DNA of 64,000 nucleotides from NCBI GenBank assembly GCA_963675595.2, contig CAXXLZ010000002.1, positions 864,001 through 928,000 of the forward strand, read 5' to 3'. The notes below the pieces were generated by a model. It ran no database searches and had not been told where the DNA came from. It saw nothing but the letters and a program-made list of their open reading frames with translations. Position numbers and translations under genes: made by a program. This DNA is from Thermodesulfobacteriota bacterium (GTDB lineage Bacteria > Desulfobacterota > Desulfarculia > JACQYL01). Of the stretch, positions 28,934 through 39,702 are shown in pieces. How positions within the stretch are numbered: position 1 is the stretch's first letter; each line of letters starts with the position of its first letter.

Positions 28934-31900
28934 CATTAAGAACGCTCCATTCCATACTCCTCGCACGAGCCTTTGAGAAAGTGCTCGGTCGGCCCGATTT
29001 CGGCACGATGGCCTTTGTGCGGTTTCTGATGCCTGGCGTAGTCGAATCTCTGGCACATACGACCGATTTTGCACCGGAAGGCTGGACGGTTAGGCGCGTG
29101 GCCGATGTCGATGACGAGCCGTCTCGGACGATCACCGCCGACCAGGCTGTCGAAATCCGCGAATCCAAGAGTGATCCAATTGTGTTGCTCGTTGACACAT
29201 CGCGAGCCGGCGCCGGAATGGACGGTATTTACAGTGCGGCCCGTGAGATCGACGAGGCGGGTCTATACAAGGAAGCGCTGCGGCTCGCTGCCCGCCAAAT
29301 CACCAACCAACAGAATAAGACGGCGCGTGAATTCGCCGAACGAGCGGTGAAGAAGGCTCGCGGGTTCGGGCGGCGGTACAGCGTCTCACCATGGCAGGAA
29401 TTCGATTATTACGTGCGTGTGGTGGCTGAGGAATGCCATCCGGGGGCACTGTTATGGCTGCTGGGCCTGTGGCCGGTATGTGTCGATGACGACGATCCAT
29501 ACAACGCCGACGCGCTCGATGTTGCGAGGTTATTCGTTGACCGTCTGCTGGGAGCGGCTACATCCGGTCAGGCCCCGTCACAGCGGATTGAATCCCTGCG
29601 ACTGCTCAGTCCGACGGACCAACAGCGGATCGATCTCGAACGATTTCTACATGCAGCCGCAACTCGCCCTCTGCTTACATCACTCGAGGACTTGGCCGCT
29701 TCCCGTCATCTGTGGGTTAATGAACTGAAGCTTGAGGGAGCGGCGCATGTTCTTCAAGCGATTGATTTAGTCCCATGGCGGACACGCCAGAACAAGCTGG
29801 CAAAATGGAGCGGGCTGATCGAAGAAGCGGAGGGCGATCCGCCTGTCCTGATCCTTGATCCCAAAGCAGACGCCAACGGGAATTATGCCAAGCTCGAAAT
29901 CCGCTGGACAACTCGTCCGGACAATCTTCTCAGAGACGCGGTGCAATATCAGGCAAAGATCATAACCGATATGGATGAGGAACTCGCATCTCGCGACGTA
30001 TTGCACTCTGGAAAAAAGGAAGAGAAGTGCCGATTTACCGATGATGACTTCTCGATGCTGAGCGACGACGCGCTGATCAATGCGAAGATCGTCGTGTCGG
30101 TAATCGGGGACGACGCGATTGATGAGCAGGAAAGCGACGAGTTCGTCATCCGCTTCGGCACGCCGCCAGATAAAGGCACCGGCGGCGTCGGTAAGATCAT
30201 GAGAACGTTCAGCGAGGGTCTGATCGAACTGGACGACCGCGACACGGTGACGGCACTCGCCTCGGCGACAGATTCGTTCCCGCTGGACTCGAAGGGATTT
30301 ATTGTACTGCGCACGCCGCAGCGTGGAAAGAGTTTCCGCGTGTTTCGCCCGCCTTTGCTTCACGAGGTGGAACAAGACTGGTCCGATCGGGCAGGACAAA
30401 TCGGCCGCTGGCGTGTGAAGGTAAGAGCATCCGGTGCTCGCGCCGGTATTCCAGAGTTTGTTCCGATCGAGCCAGATGGTTCTTCGTCAGGAACAGCTTG
30501 GCACTCCATATGGGAGCGTGCGACCACTGCCAGCCGACGCATGGCTGATCGGTTTCATAATTGCGGTGGCGGCGTGGGACAGGTTTATGACCAAAACGCC
30601 AAAGTTTTTGACACAGTCGTTAAAGAATACCTACTAGCCTGGACCGCGTTGTTGGATGTTGCTGACCCCGTGCTTGCCCTGGCCAATACCATTGAGATTC
30701 AGTCGCTGTCGGGACGTACGATCGGATTGATCGTGCTTCCGGCGCATACGATGCGCCTTGCATGGCACGTCGGATACGACAATCTGGTGCTTCATACGCG
30801 TTACGAACAAAGTGTAGCCACCAAACAGTTGCGGGACGAATTGAAATTTTTAGACGGGGCAGTGTTTCCGGCTTTCCTGCCGGGACTTCAACCTGGAAAG
30901 ACGTTTGTGTTCGCGGATACGCTGGGGTTTCATGTGGTAGGAATGGTGTCCGACGACGATTCGGAGCCGAAGGCCGCAATTGCGATCCTGGCAAGAGCGC
31001 TTGGCGAAAGTGAGTCGGCCGACTCCGCACCGACAGTTGGCAAACAGAGCGCCCAGATTCTGGGCAATGAAATCTTGAAGTACATCGAGTGCCACGACAC
31101 ATCGAAACTCCTGCACATTCATGCATTGCGACCGGGTGATGGTTTGACTGTCGCGAGAAGCCTGGGACACGTGCAGAAACGAAGCCGACGAGTTCCCACC
31201 GAAGACGAAGCCGACGGCGAACCACAGCAAACGGCTCCGTCGTTCGTGCTTGAGCTTTATCCCTCGGCAAGCCAGCGCGGCGTTGCCGGCCGGTTCATTG
31301 CTGAAGCTCGCGAAAGGCGACGCAGCGGTGCGGGCGTGGTTCTCGAAGAAGATCAATGGATGCTGGAATCAACCAGACTGCCCGGCGGAATGACGCTGCC
31401 ACGGTTGCGCTGGGCTCGCAAAGACGACCCCGACCCTCAATCCTCGGCTCACCTCGCCGTGGCGTTTGACACTTTTGAATCACGTGTTTCTTCCGAAGCA
31501 TTGGAAGGCACTGCAAGCAACCGACCATTCTTCGCGTTTGGTTTGATGTCTTTTTTTGAGCGTGATTACACCAGCGTTCCAACCCCGCTTTGGCGAAGCA
31601 TGGTGGTCGGTTCGACCGATGGTGAGAAGCACCCTGCAGATCGGACTCATACGGAAAGGCTCGTCAAGCTGCAGCAAGTAGTTGCCAAGTGCGTGGTGCG
31701 TCACCTGCGGGAAAACATTGGTGTGCCGGTCCTGCGGACTGAGATTCCGCAGGAAAAAGCTTATGGACTGCGAGAACTGCACCGTCTGTGCGACTGGGTC
31801 ATTACGCTCGATCGCAATGCGGGCATTGAGTATTTCGATTCCCCACGAGACAACCGGGACGTTTACGAAGCTTACGTCATCGACTGTGTTCCCGAGCGAG

Positions 31901-34041
31901 AAGATCTGGGCTGCCTGCAGCTAATCACCTCCACCAGCAATTTGGAGGAAGTGCGGAATCTCCTGGACGGCGCACTGGATCGCATGAGCCTTAGCCGAAG
32001 CCGCCGCAATGCGGAATTCCTTCTGGAGCATTTGAAAGCGCTCAGTGGCCGGCTGGCCATCCGACTCACCGGCCAGAAGGCTCCTACCGCCGAGCTCATC
32101 GCATTGGCAATGGCACATGCCAACTGTCTGCGGGCCGCCGAAGACGATATTTGCTGGGCGTCACTGCGGAATGGATTCTTTGTGCCCGTCGACGATATAC
32201 GCGATCTATTGCCGCCCGTCGCCGAGAAGGGAAATGATGCGGAACGCGCCGACTCAAATGGCGAAGACAACGCGTACGAAAGAGAAGCACGTCCGGACAT
32301 GATCTACATTTCGCTGATCCCGCGAAAAGGACTGCTGTTCCGATTCACGGAGGTGAAATACCGTCGTCACTTGCGCGCGGCTCGCACCCCCGATACCCTG
32401 CAAGGGATTCGTGAGCAGGTTGAATCACTGCGCCGCAGGTGGGAAGACTGGTTCGGCACAGACGATGTTTGTGCATCGTTCCGGGCCATCCGGCGGGCAA
32501 AACTTGCTCGTGTACTTCGGTTCTATGCCGACAAGGCAAGACGTCATGCGGATGACGAAAACGGAACCGGATTAACTTCAAAAATGCACGAGGCTCTGGT
32601 CGCCGAGATTTATCGGGTCATTGAGAAGGGTGGCGACTATTGCTTCGAAACGATTGCCCAACCTGACCGCGGCTGGGTGTTCTGTCCCGATTACGTCGGC
32701 AGCCGACCTCTGGAGATCACGCCAGACGGGTGGGATACTCGCATATTCATGTTTGGTCCTGATTCGGATTTCCGTCGTGGAGCCGCTCCGCTTACCAGCG
32801 AGCCTCGCGTACCGAATGGGCAGAACGAAACCGCTATAGAAACCACAGACGATTCAGAACCTGACACCTCAACGTCAGCCGGTGAAACAGCACCGAACGA
32901 TCGAGATGCCGAAGCAGTCTCATTAGCTGTAAATCAAAACGAGGACCAGGCTGAGGCGAGCCAATCGGAATATCGATCATCCTCTGATGCCATTCCTTCG
33001 GTGTGCCTCGGTACAAATCTCCATTCAGGAGCAGAGGTCCGATGGCCGTTAACAGTGCGAGGCAATCCGCATTTGCTTTTGGCTGGGTTGCCGGGGATGG
33101 GAAAGACAACGTGCCTTCTGAACCTCTGCCACCAGATGCTCAAGCTTCGTATCCACCCGATCGTTTTCTCTTACCATCAAGATATCGACGAGAAACTGCA
33201 GACAATGGTCGGCAACGTCCGTTTCATTAATTTCGACGGGCTGGGTTTCAATCCACTGCAAGTGATCGACCGTAGTTCAACAATGGCGTATCTCGATGTT
33301 GCCGGAGCGGTGCGTGATATCTTTGTCGCTATCTTCCCTGAGTTGGGAGACATTCAAGGGGAACGCATCCGCAAGGCGATTAAGGACAGTTTTATCGAGC
33401 TGGGCTGGGGCGATGGAGATCCAGCTCAGCTGGCGGAACCTAAATTCTCGCGGTGGGTGGAAATCCTGCGATCAGAGCCAAAGCCGGATCGTGGACTCAA
33501 GACGCTGCTGGCTCGGTTGGATGAACTTGAGGATTACGGTTTTTTCCGCACCACCGGTGATCAGGAGAGTCTCTGGGAAAGTGAGCAACCGGTTGTCCTG
33601 CGGATCCACTCCACACAGAACGACCAGCTGCAGAAGGCCTTCGCATCCACAGTCTTTTACGGGCTTTACAAGAACATGTTCCGACGAGGGGTGCAGGACC
33701 GCATTACGCATGCACTGATCTTTGACGAAGCCCATCGCGCCGCAGGACTGCAGTTGATTCCAACGATGGCCAAGGAGTGCCGAAAGTATGGGATCTCACT
33801 GGTGCTCGCGTCGCAGGAAGCTCGCGATTTTCATATCTCGCTGTTTTCCGCAATCGCCAACTACCTCGTCCTGCGGCTAACAGAATTAGACGCAAAGGCG
33901 ATGGCAAAGAACATCACCACGTCGGACCAGGAGCGCTTGCTGGTTGATCGAATAAAGCAAACCGGGCGTTTTCGGGCATTCTACTGCAGTGAAGGCCTAA
34001 CAAAACCGGTTCCAGTTGCCTTGTTGAACCTGAAGCTGTAA
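28930..34041 (+). CDS. DndH/DptH-like large protein with nuclease motif and C-terminal HerA-type ATPase (MADS Mad8-like)
   Basis: 1703 aa; RPDMIYI...FTEVK (PD-ExK); NPHLLLAGLPGMGKT, FDEAHR, KECRKYGISLVLASQ. Confidence 0.85.
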   Translation: MTLRTLHSILLARAFEKVLGRPDFGTMAFVRFLMPGVVESLAHTTDFAPEGWTVRRVADVDDEPSRTITADQAVEIRESKSDPIVLLVDTSRAGAGMDGIYSAAREIDEAGLYKEALRLAARQITNQQNKTAREFAERAVKKARGFGRRYSVSPWQEFDYYVRVVAEECHPGALLWLLGLWPVCVDDDDPYNADALDVARLFVDRLLGAATSGQAPSQRIESLRLLSPTDQQRIDLERFLHAAATRPLLTSLEDLAASRHLWVNELKLEGAAHVLQAIDLVPWRTRQNKLAKWSGLIEEAEGDPPVLILDPKADANGNYAKLEIRWTTRPDNLLRDAVQYQAKIITDMDEELASRDVLHSGKKEEKCRFTDDDFSMLSDDALINAKIVVSVIGDDAIDEQESDEFVIRFGTPPDKGTGGVGKIMRTFSEGLIELDDRDTVTALASATDSFPLDSKGFIVLRTPQRGKSFRVFRPPLLHEVEQDWSDRAGQIGRWRVKVRASGARAGIPEFVPIEPDGSSSGTAWHSIWERATTASRRMADRFHNCGGGVGQVYDQNAKVFDTVVKEYLLAWTALLDVADPVLALANTIEIQSLSGRTIGLIVLPAHTMRLAWHVGYDNLVLHTRYEQSVATKQLRDELKFLDGAVFPAFLPGLQPGKTFVFADTLGFHVVGMVSDDDSEPKAAIAILARALGESESADSAPTVGKQSAQILGNEILKYIECHDTSKLLHIHALRPGDGLTVARSLGHVQKRSRRVPTEDEADGEPQQTAPSFVLELYPSASQRGVAGRFIAEARERRRSGAGVVLEEDQWMLESTRLPGGMTLPRLRWARKDDPDPQSSAHLAVAFDTFESRVSSEALEGTASNRPFFAFGLMSFFERDYTSVPTPLWRSMVVGSTDGEKHPADRTHTERLVKLQQVVAKCVVRHLRENIGVPVLRTEIPQEKAYGLRELHRLCDWVITLDRNAGIEYFDSPRDNRDVYEAYVIDCVPEREDLGCLQLITSTSNLEEVRNLLDGALDRMSLSRSRRNAEFLLEHLKALSGRLAIRLTGQKAPTAELIALAMAHANCLRAAEDDICWASLRNGFFVPVDDIRDLLPPVAEKGNDAERADSNGEDNAYEREARPDMIYISLIPRKGLLFRFTEVKYRRHLRAARTPDTLQGIREQVESLRRRWEDWFGTDDVCASFRAIRRAKLARVLRFYADKARRHADDENGTGLTSKMHEALVAEIYRVIEKGGDYCFETIAQPDRGWVFCPDYVGSRPLEITPDGWDTRIFMFGPDSDFRRGAAPLTSEPRVPNGQNETAIETTDDSEPDTSTSAGETAPNDRDAEAVSLAVNQNEDQAEASQSEYRSSSDAIPSVCLGTNLHSGAEVRWPLTVRGNPHLLLAGLPGMGKTTCLLNLCHQMLKLRIHPIVFSYHQDIDEKLQTMVGNVRFINFDGLGFNPLQVIDRSSTMAYLDVAGAVRDIFVAIFPELGDIQGERIRKAIKDSFIELGWGDGDPAQLAEPKFSRWVEILRSEPKPDRGLKTLLARLDELEDYGFFRTTGDQESLWESEQPVVLRIHSTQNDQLQKAFASTVFYGLYKNMFRRGVQDRITHALIFDEAHRAAGLQLIPTMAKECRKYGISLVLASQEARDFHISLFSAIANYLVLRLTELDAKAMAKNITTSDQERLLVDRIKQTGRFRAFYCSEGLTKPVPVALLNLKL

Positions 34042-34528
34042 CATTCATTTTCTACTCCATTTTTTAGGCGAAAAATGCAGATACCAGTGAAGAAAGGGGT
34101 ATAGGAATCCGCTTAAGCTGAAGGTCGCCTGGCGCGTGCGCAGCTTTCGAGTATGACTCTATAAATTGGCTTGCTGTCTGCTGGTCGCCGCTGTGGGACC
34201 GGAAAGTAACAGCAGGGCCTGCGGAAAAAAGAGGACGCGCCTGGAGGTGGCGAATCCGGCGCCGTGTATGCTGACTGTAAACGCCGCTGGGACCGAAAAA
34301 GAAACGAAACCCGGGTCACCAAAACCGGAGATCACCTTCGGATAAACGTGATTGGCATGGTTTTCCCTCGATCCGGCGAATTCTTCGTAATGACAACCCA
34401 AAATTGACCCACCTTGATCACGGAAAATTGACCCACCCTTGGGTTTGGTTATGGGTTTCCTCAGCCGTCCTCCCTGATCGGGGCTTGGATCGGCTGACAA
34501 CGGAGGAAGCCGTAGGCGACCGGAGTTG

Positions 34529-35215
34529 TCAGCCGAGAGCCCGGTCCAGTAGTGCCGCGGTCAAGGTCGGATCCCCGAAGATCTGCGTCCAGTCGCCGAA
34601 CCCGAGGTTCGTCGTGATGATTACGGGCTTCTTTTCATGCCGCTCGGCCAGAACTTGAAAAAGCAGCTCCGCCCCTTCCCTGGACAGGGGCACATACCCC
34701 AGTTCATCTACGATCAACAGACCGTAGGAAGCATATCGTTTCATGACCCGGCCCAGGACCTTTTCGTCCCGGGCTTCGATCAGTTCATTGGCCAAGGAAC
34801 AGCCGGTCAGGAATCGCGTTCGTACTCCTTGTCGGCAGGCGGCCATTCCCAGGGCCGTGGCCAGGTGGGTTTTCCCCGTGCCGCTCCGGCCCGGAAAGAT
34901 GACGTTTCGGGCCTCCCGGATGTATTGCCCTTCAAGCACTTCCCGGATTTGCCGCACATCTAGGTCAGGAGCCGCCTCGAACCGGAAGCTCTCCATGGGC
35001 TTGAGCAGCGGGAACCGGGCGTCGTGGATGCGGCGTTTGCAGCCGTTCTCCATTCGGGCCGCCACCTCAAGTTCACTCAGGCCGAGGAGGAACTCCGCGT
35101 AGTCCTCCTTGTTTTCCCGCACTTGGCGCAACTGCGTTTCCAGATGGGACAGGACGGCGGAGAGCTTCAGGATTTTCAGATTGGCCGTTAACTGGGCTTG
35201 AACGGCCGGTTTCAT
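34529..35215 (-). pseudogene. istB: IS21 helper ATPase IstB, C-terminally truncated
   Basis: GRSGTGKTHLA, IVDELGY, ITTNLGFGDW; ends abruptly after ALLDR. Confidence 0.85.
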
Positions 35216-35412
35216 GACTGTAAATGGAAAGTCAAATGGGGACCACCCGTGGCCATTAAAAAGGGAGCCACCAGGTTGTTAATGAAACGTCGGCCGTGCC
35301 TGGAAGAACGGAGAACCGATTCTCCGACTTACGAGCAGAGGAGCCTGTGCGAGAATGGGTGCCTACAGTCAACTCGTCGGAGCACAGGCTCTTCTGCGGG
35401 CCGGACGGTTTC

Positions 35413-36162
35413 TCACTTTCCCTTGCCGCTCATGCTTTCTCGGAAACGGTAACTCTCGCCGTTCATGGTCAGAATGCAGGCGTGATGAGTCAGTCGGTCC
35501 AGCAGGGCCCCGGTGAGTTGTTCACTGCCGAAGACTTGGGGCCATTGCGAGAAGTCCAAGTTTGTTGTCATGAGCAGGGATTGGCGTTCATAGCTTTCCG
35601 CCACAATCTGAAAGAACAGTTGGGCGCCCTTTTCCGAAAACGGCACATATCCGATTTCATCTACGATCAGAAGGTCCATTTTGGCCAGGGACCGTTCGCA
35701 GTGAGACAATCGGAGCGCGGCCTGGGCTTCGCTGAGCAGATTGATGAGACCGGCGGCCGTAAAGAATCGGACCTTCTTTCCTTGTTCGCAGGCCGTGAGC
35801 CCCAAGGCAATGGCCAAATGAGTCTTTCCTGTGCCCGAGTTGCCCATCAGGATCACGTTTTCTTTCCGCTCCATGTATTCTCCCTGGGTCAAGTCCAGCA
35901 CTTTGGTTTTATTCAGGGAGGGAATGGCCGAGAAATCGAACCGGTCCAAGCTCTTGTGCACGGGAAACCTGGCTGTCTTGAGACGGCGTTTGTAGGCGTT
36001 GTCTTCGCGATGCTGGACTTCGATTTCCATCAAAGCGAGCAGGAATGCCTCATAGGTTCGATTGGCCTGTACGGATTGACGGGACATTTCCTGATAATGC
36101 TGGAGGACAGCCGGGAGTCTGAGTCGTTTGAGATAGCTCTCCAGAAGCATTCGGATTTCCAT
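35413..36162 (-). CDS. istB: IS21 helper ATPase IstB
   Basis: GNSGTGKTHLA, VDEIGY, ALLDRLTHH, GESYRFRES. Confidence 0.95.
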   Translation of the reverse strand: MEIRMLLESYLKRLRLPAVLQHYQEMSRQSVQANRTYEAFLLALMEIEVQHREDNAYKRRLKTARFPVHKSLDRFDFSAIPSLNKTKVLDLTQGEYMERKENVILMGNSGTGKTHLAIALGLTACEQGKKVRFFTAAGLINLLSEAQAALRLSHCERSLAKMDLLIVDEIGYVPFSEKGAQLFFQIVAESYERQSLLMTTNLDFSQWPQVFGSEQLTGALLDRLTHHACILTMNGESYRFRESMSGKGK

Positions 36163-36174
36163 GGCATCCCCCTC

Positions 36175-37656
36175 CTACGGCCGCGTCAGCAGATCGAAGT
36201 GATCTACGCGGTTGGATCGGACAAGAGGGGAGGCCACATCGAGCGGACGCCATGGACGCGACGGAGCTTGTCGCTGGAACAACAGATTCTTTACCCCGTC
36301 GAAGCAGCCTATCCCAAGGGATAAAGCCTTCTCAACAGCCGCCGTCACCTCCGACTGTGCATGCTCTTTGAGCAGCATGAGGACCTGGATGTATTCCTTC
36401 GTGCCCCGGGACCCTTCATGCCGTTCCTTCAACATCTGGTGATAGCGCTCGTACACAGGAGGAAGGGGCCACTTGACAATCGCCGTGGCCCGATCAAATG
36501 CACCCGGCTTTCTCAGCAGCACCGGAAGATAATGGTGCGGGTCCAATATCTCGTCGTTATGGCCGTAGCTCCGCTCGTGCTCCGCGATGATCTTGTCCTT
36601 GCAGGCAATCTCCAGCTTGAATGCAAAGGCCCGAGTCGTCACTCTCTGACCCACGTATTCCGGCGGTACGGAATACCAGTTGCCGGCAAAGCGGATCCAT
36701 TGTCTTCGGTTAACCTTGGCCGATCCCGGCAAACAGGCTTCCGGCAGTCGTTCCGGCAACGGACGAAGGGAAGCCTCTTCCTCCTGCCAGACCTCTTGGA
36801 CCGTCTTGTCGAACCGTTTCCGAGTGCGGGCGTCTTGCTCACAGCGCTCTAGCAAGAAACGATTCAGTTCCGAAAAATCCCGCACCTGCGGCATGGGGAC
36901 CAGGAAGTTACGCCGCACATACCCCACCAGGTTCTCAACACTTCCTTTTTCTTGGGCTTCCCCTGCATTGCAGTACACCGCCTCGAATGGAAAATGCGAT
37001 CGGAACGAGACCCACAACTCTTGCTCTAACCGGCTTTTCCCTCTCGTGACTTTGGCCACCGCCGTCTTCATGTTATCGTATCGCATGCGACACGGAACGC
37101 CTCCAAGGTACTTGAATCCTCGGATATGGCTTTCAAATAGGGCTTCCTGCTTCTGGCTCGGCAACGCACAAACAAAAAACTTCGTGGAATAGTCCAGTCG
37201 CATGCATGCCAGATCTACTTCCTGCTCTCTACCACCCAGGATTACACGCGCCGTCCCAAAATCAAAAGTCCCTCCGTCTGCCGCTTCGTAAGTCTGCGGA
37301 ACATGGCTTTCCGGAATGCGGCCCCGCAATGAACGCACTTCCCGGCGCACGGTTCTATCTGTCCCTTCGTACCCGTATCCGTCCCGTAGTCTCTCATAAA
37401 TCCGTTTAGCTGTATGCCGCTGTTTCAACGGCCGTTTCTTGTCCTCCTCCATCCACTGCACGATCAGTTCTACGAACGGCCCAATCACTCTCTTCGGCCT
37501 TGGCTTTTCCAGCGTGTACACCGGAATCCCCGGATCATGAACCGCCTTCCGAACCGTCTTTCGGCTGTGCCCCATCTCCCGCGCTATCCGCCGCATCGAT
37601 TTCCGCTTCAGAAAATACTCCCTTCGTATCACATCCTTCTGGTCCACCGTCAGCAT
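36175..37656 (-). CDS. istA: IS21 transposase IstA
   Basis: N-terminal HTH (IAREMGHSRKTVRK), YDNMKTAV, EKGSVENLVGYVRRNF; start at MLTVDQ after GGAG. Confidence 0.93.
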   Translation of the reverse strand: MLTVDQKDVIRREYFLKRKSMRRIAREMGHSRKTVRKAVHDPGIPVYTLEKPRPKRVIGPFVELIVQWMEEDKKRPLKQRHTAKRIYERLRDGYGYEGTDRTVRREVRSLRGRIPESHVPQTYEAADGGTFDFGTARVILGGREQEVDLACMRLDYSTKFFVCALPSQKQEALFESHIRGFKYLGGVPCRMRYDNMKTAVAKVTRGKSRLEQELWVSFRSHFPFEAVYCNAGEAQEKGSVENLVGYVRRNFLVPMPQVRDFSELNRFLLERCEQDARTRKRFDKTVQEVWQEEEASLRPLPERLPEACLPGSAKVNRRQWIRFAGNWYSVPPEYVGQRVTTRAFAFKLEIACKDKIIAEHERSYGHNDEILDPHHYLPVLLRKPGAFDRATAIVKWPLPPVYERYHQMLKERHEGSRGTKEYIQVLMLLKEHAQSEVTAAVEKALSLGIGCFDGVKNLLFQRQAPSRPWRPLDVASPLVRSNRVDHFDLLTRP

Positions 37657-37780
37657 CTCCTCTACCCCCTGGCCTTTGGCTCTCATCTAAATAGCCTATC
37701 GGCCGAGGGGCCTCTACGGTGGTCCCCTTTTCGATGTCCACTACTTACTCAAATGGCCCCCTTTTAAATGTCCATACACA

Positions 37781-38770
37781 CATGACAGCGCTCCGATCCG
37801 CGAGTACACGGAAACATCCGGCGGTGAAAACGTCGGCCACGCGTCAAGGGAGGCGGGCCGGGAGGCGTGATCTTTGCCTTCGGACATGATCAGAAGGTGT
37901 TCCACCGCCTCCCGTGAACTCACTCCGGCCCCCACGGCCGCTTCCACGGCATTGAACACGTCCCTTTCCTCATGTTCCCGGAAGAGCATCAATACACCGA
38001 TGAAGTCTTTGATCCCGCGGTTTTCGCCCTGAGCTTCACAAAATCGTTCCAGGAGTCTTTCCAGGGAGGGAGGCCAAGCGGCCCTCCATTGGCGGATCGG
38101 CCGGGCGTCGGCGAATGCTTGGGGACGACGATGCAGCAACTCCAGGTAATGCATGGGATCGAGCTGCCATTTGTTGTTCCCGTAATGCCGAGGATGCACG
38201 GCGATCCTTCGGCCTCCGTAGAAAACCTCCACCCGGTCCACGTACAACATCACGCGAGTCATGAGACCGACGAAGCGAGGCGGCGCCGAATAACGGTTCT
38301 TCTCGACGATCACCGTGGAGTACTTGTCCACCTTACCGGAAGCAACCTCCACATTGGTGAAGGGAATCTCCGGGAGCGGTATCAGATGTCCTGTCTCCTC
38401 CTCGAAAAGCTCTTTGACGGTCTCTTCCCGACCCGTGATGCGGTGGTCGCCGTAAGCGGCGCATTCCGCAAGGAGCTGCGCGTTGAGTTCCTCCAGGCTC
38501 GCCACCTCCGGCATGGGCACCAGAAAATTCCGTCGAGCATAGCCTACGAGTCCTTCCACTCCTCCCTTCTCATGCGCCTGGCCGCGATTGCAGAATCGGG
38601 GCACAAAGCCGTAGTATGCCCGAAATCGCTCGAAGCTTTCCTGAAGCTTGCGTTTCTTGCCTTTGAACACCTTCTCCACCGCGGTGGTCAGGTTGTCGTA
38701 GATCAACCGTCGGAAGACCCCTCCGTAGAAGGCGAAGGCTTCCATGTGTCCTTCAAACAGCGCCTGTTGG
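37781..38770 (-). pseudogene. istA: 5'-truncated IstA of the outer IS21
   Basis: YDNLTTAV, EKGGVEGLVGYARRNF. Removing the inner IS restores an ATGA stop/start overlap with istB at 35215. Confidence 0.85.
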
Positions 38771-38772
38771 AC

Positions 38773-39407
38773 CAGGTGACCCTAACCCGTGGGTACTACC
38801 TTCAGACCACTTACATACGCAAAAGCAGTGGAAGGCCGTCAGGGAGCAATCCCTCCCATTTCAAGAATTGCGGAGACGATTGCCCGTTGGAGCAAATTTC
38901 CTGGGACGACTGTCAAGAGTTCATCGGGAGGTTGAATCGGTTGGCGGGTTCCGACCGGTATCGGCTGCCCACGGAAGCGGAGTGGGAGTATGCGGCAAGG
39001 GCCGGAAGTTCGGCTCGTTGGTGTTTTGGTGATAATGTGTCCCAACTGGATGAGTACGCTTGGTACGCGTTTAACGGGGGACTCAAGACACATCCCGTGG
39101 GTCAAAAGCGGCCAATGCCTGGGGATTGTACGATATGCACGGAAACGTGTGGGAGTGGTGCCAAGACTGGAAGGGTAGTAAGCGTCCGGGTGGATCCGTA
39201 ACGGATCCCACGGGTCCGTGGTCGGGCTCGGGCCGGGTGAGACGCGGCGGCAGCTGGGGCAGCAACGCGGGGGACTGCCGTTCGGCGAGTCGGGGCATCG
39301 GCACGCCGGGCGACCGCTACGGCAACCTCGGCGCGCGTCTGCTGAGTTCACCACCCTTCGCCCGAAGAGCGCCGTTCAAGGATTGCGCTCCCGTGCACAG
39401 GTGTTGA
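38773..39407 (+). pseudogene. Truncated, frameshifted FGE-sulfatase/CLec gene, paralog of the 19723-21849 C-terminal domain
   Basis: QVTLTRGYYLQTT, FKNCGDDCP, RLPTEAEWEYAAR, then a frameshift to [14 protein letters not shown]; strong DNA similarity to about 21238-21836. Confidence 0.85.
39231..39346 (+). repeat. DGR variable-region-like repeat, paired with 21721-21836
   Basis: See alignment above. It is not adenine-rich, so it is not itself a template repeat. Confidence 0.75.
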
Positions 39408-39702
39408 CCAGACCCTCTCACCCGCGCTGGCCCGAGGCCGGACGAATAACCACCAAGCCCGCCGCGGCAAGTAGGTCTTCGGATTCGAAAGCGGCGGCGG
39501 CGCTTCTCCTCGGACTGTGCAAATGGTTTAGGGCTGATCCGATGAGATATTGACGGCGCGTGATCATATCTTTTGTTTGCACAATACGCCAAAAGGAAGT
39601 TTCCGCTGAACAATGGCTTCACCCTGAGCCCTGAGATCATCCGTCCAACGTGTCTGCATGGTGCACTCGGTTTAAGGCTTGGGCTGCCGATTCGCATCAG
39701 AG

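Larger units (their letters stand above)
35219..37780 (-). mobile_element. Intact IS21-family insertion sequence with 6-bp target duplication CATGAC
   Basis: Ends TGTAAATGGAAAGTCAAATGGGGACCA and (reverse complement) TGTGTATGGACATTTAAAAGGGGGCCA; CATGAC at 35213-35218 and 37781-37786. Confidence 0.93.
34386..38770 (-). mobile_element. Degenerate IS21-family element (outer), interrupted by a second IS21
   Basis: End with repeated AAAATTGACCCACC (about 34400 and 34424), 3'-truncated istB and 5'-truncated istA; boundaries approximate. Confidence 0.75.

Noticed and set aside
22971-34041. Phosphorothioate Dnd system or BREX (PglW)
   Set aside because: No dndBCDE, pglX or pglZ. The upstream HTH + hsdM remnant and the NERD-kinase fusion fit MADS better.
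37972-39201. 409-aa plus-strand ORF ending in an FGE domain
   Set aside because: It is a chance fusion of antisense istA sequence with the truncated CLec pseudogene.
39231-39346. Third repeat as the DGR template repeat
   Set aside because: Most variable positions are G, C or T rather than A; only a minority of mismatches to 21721-21836 have A in this copy.
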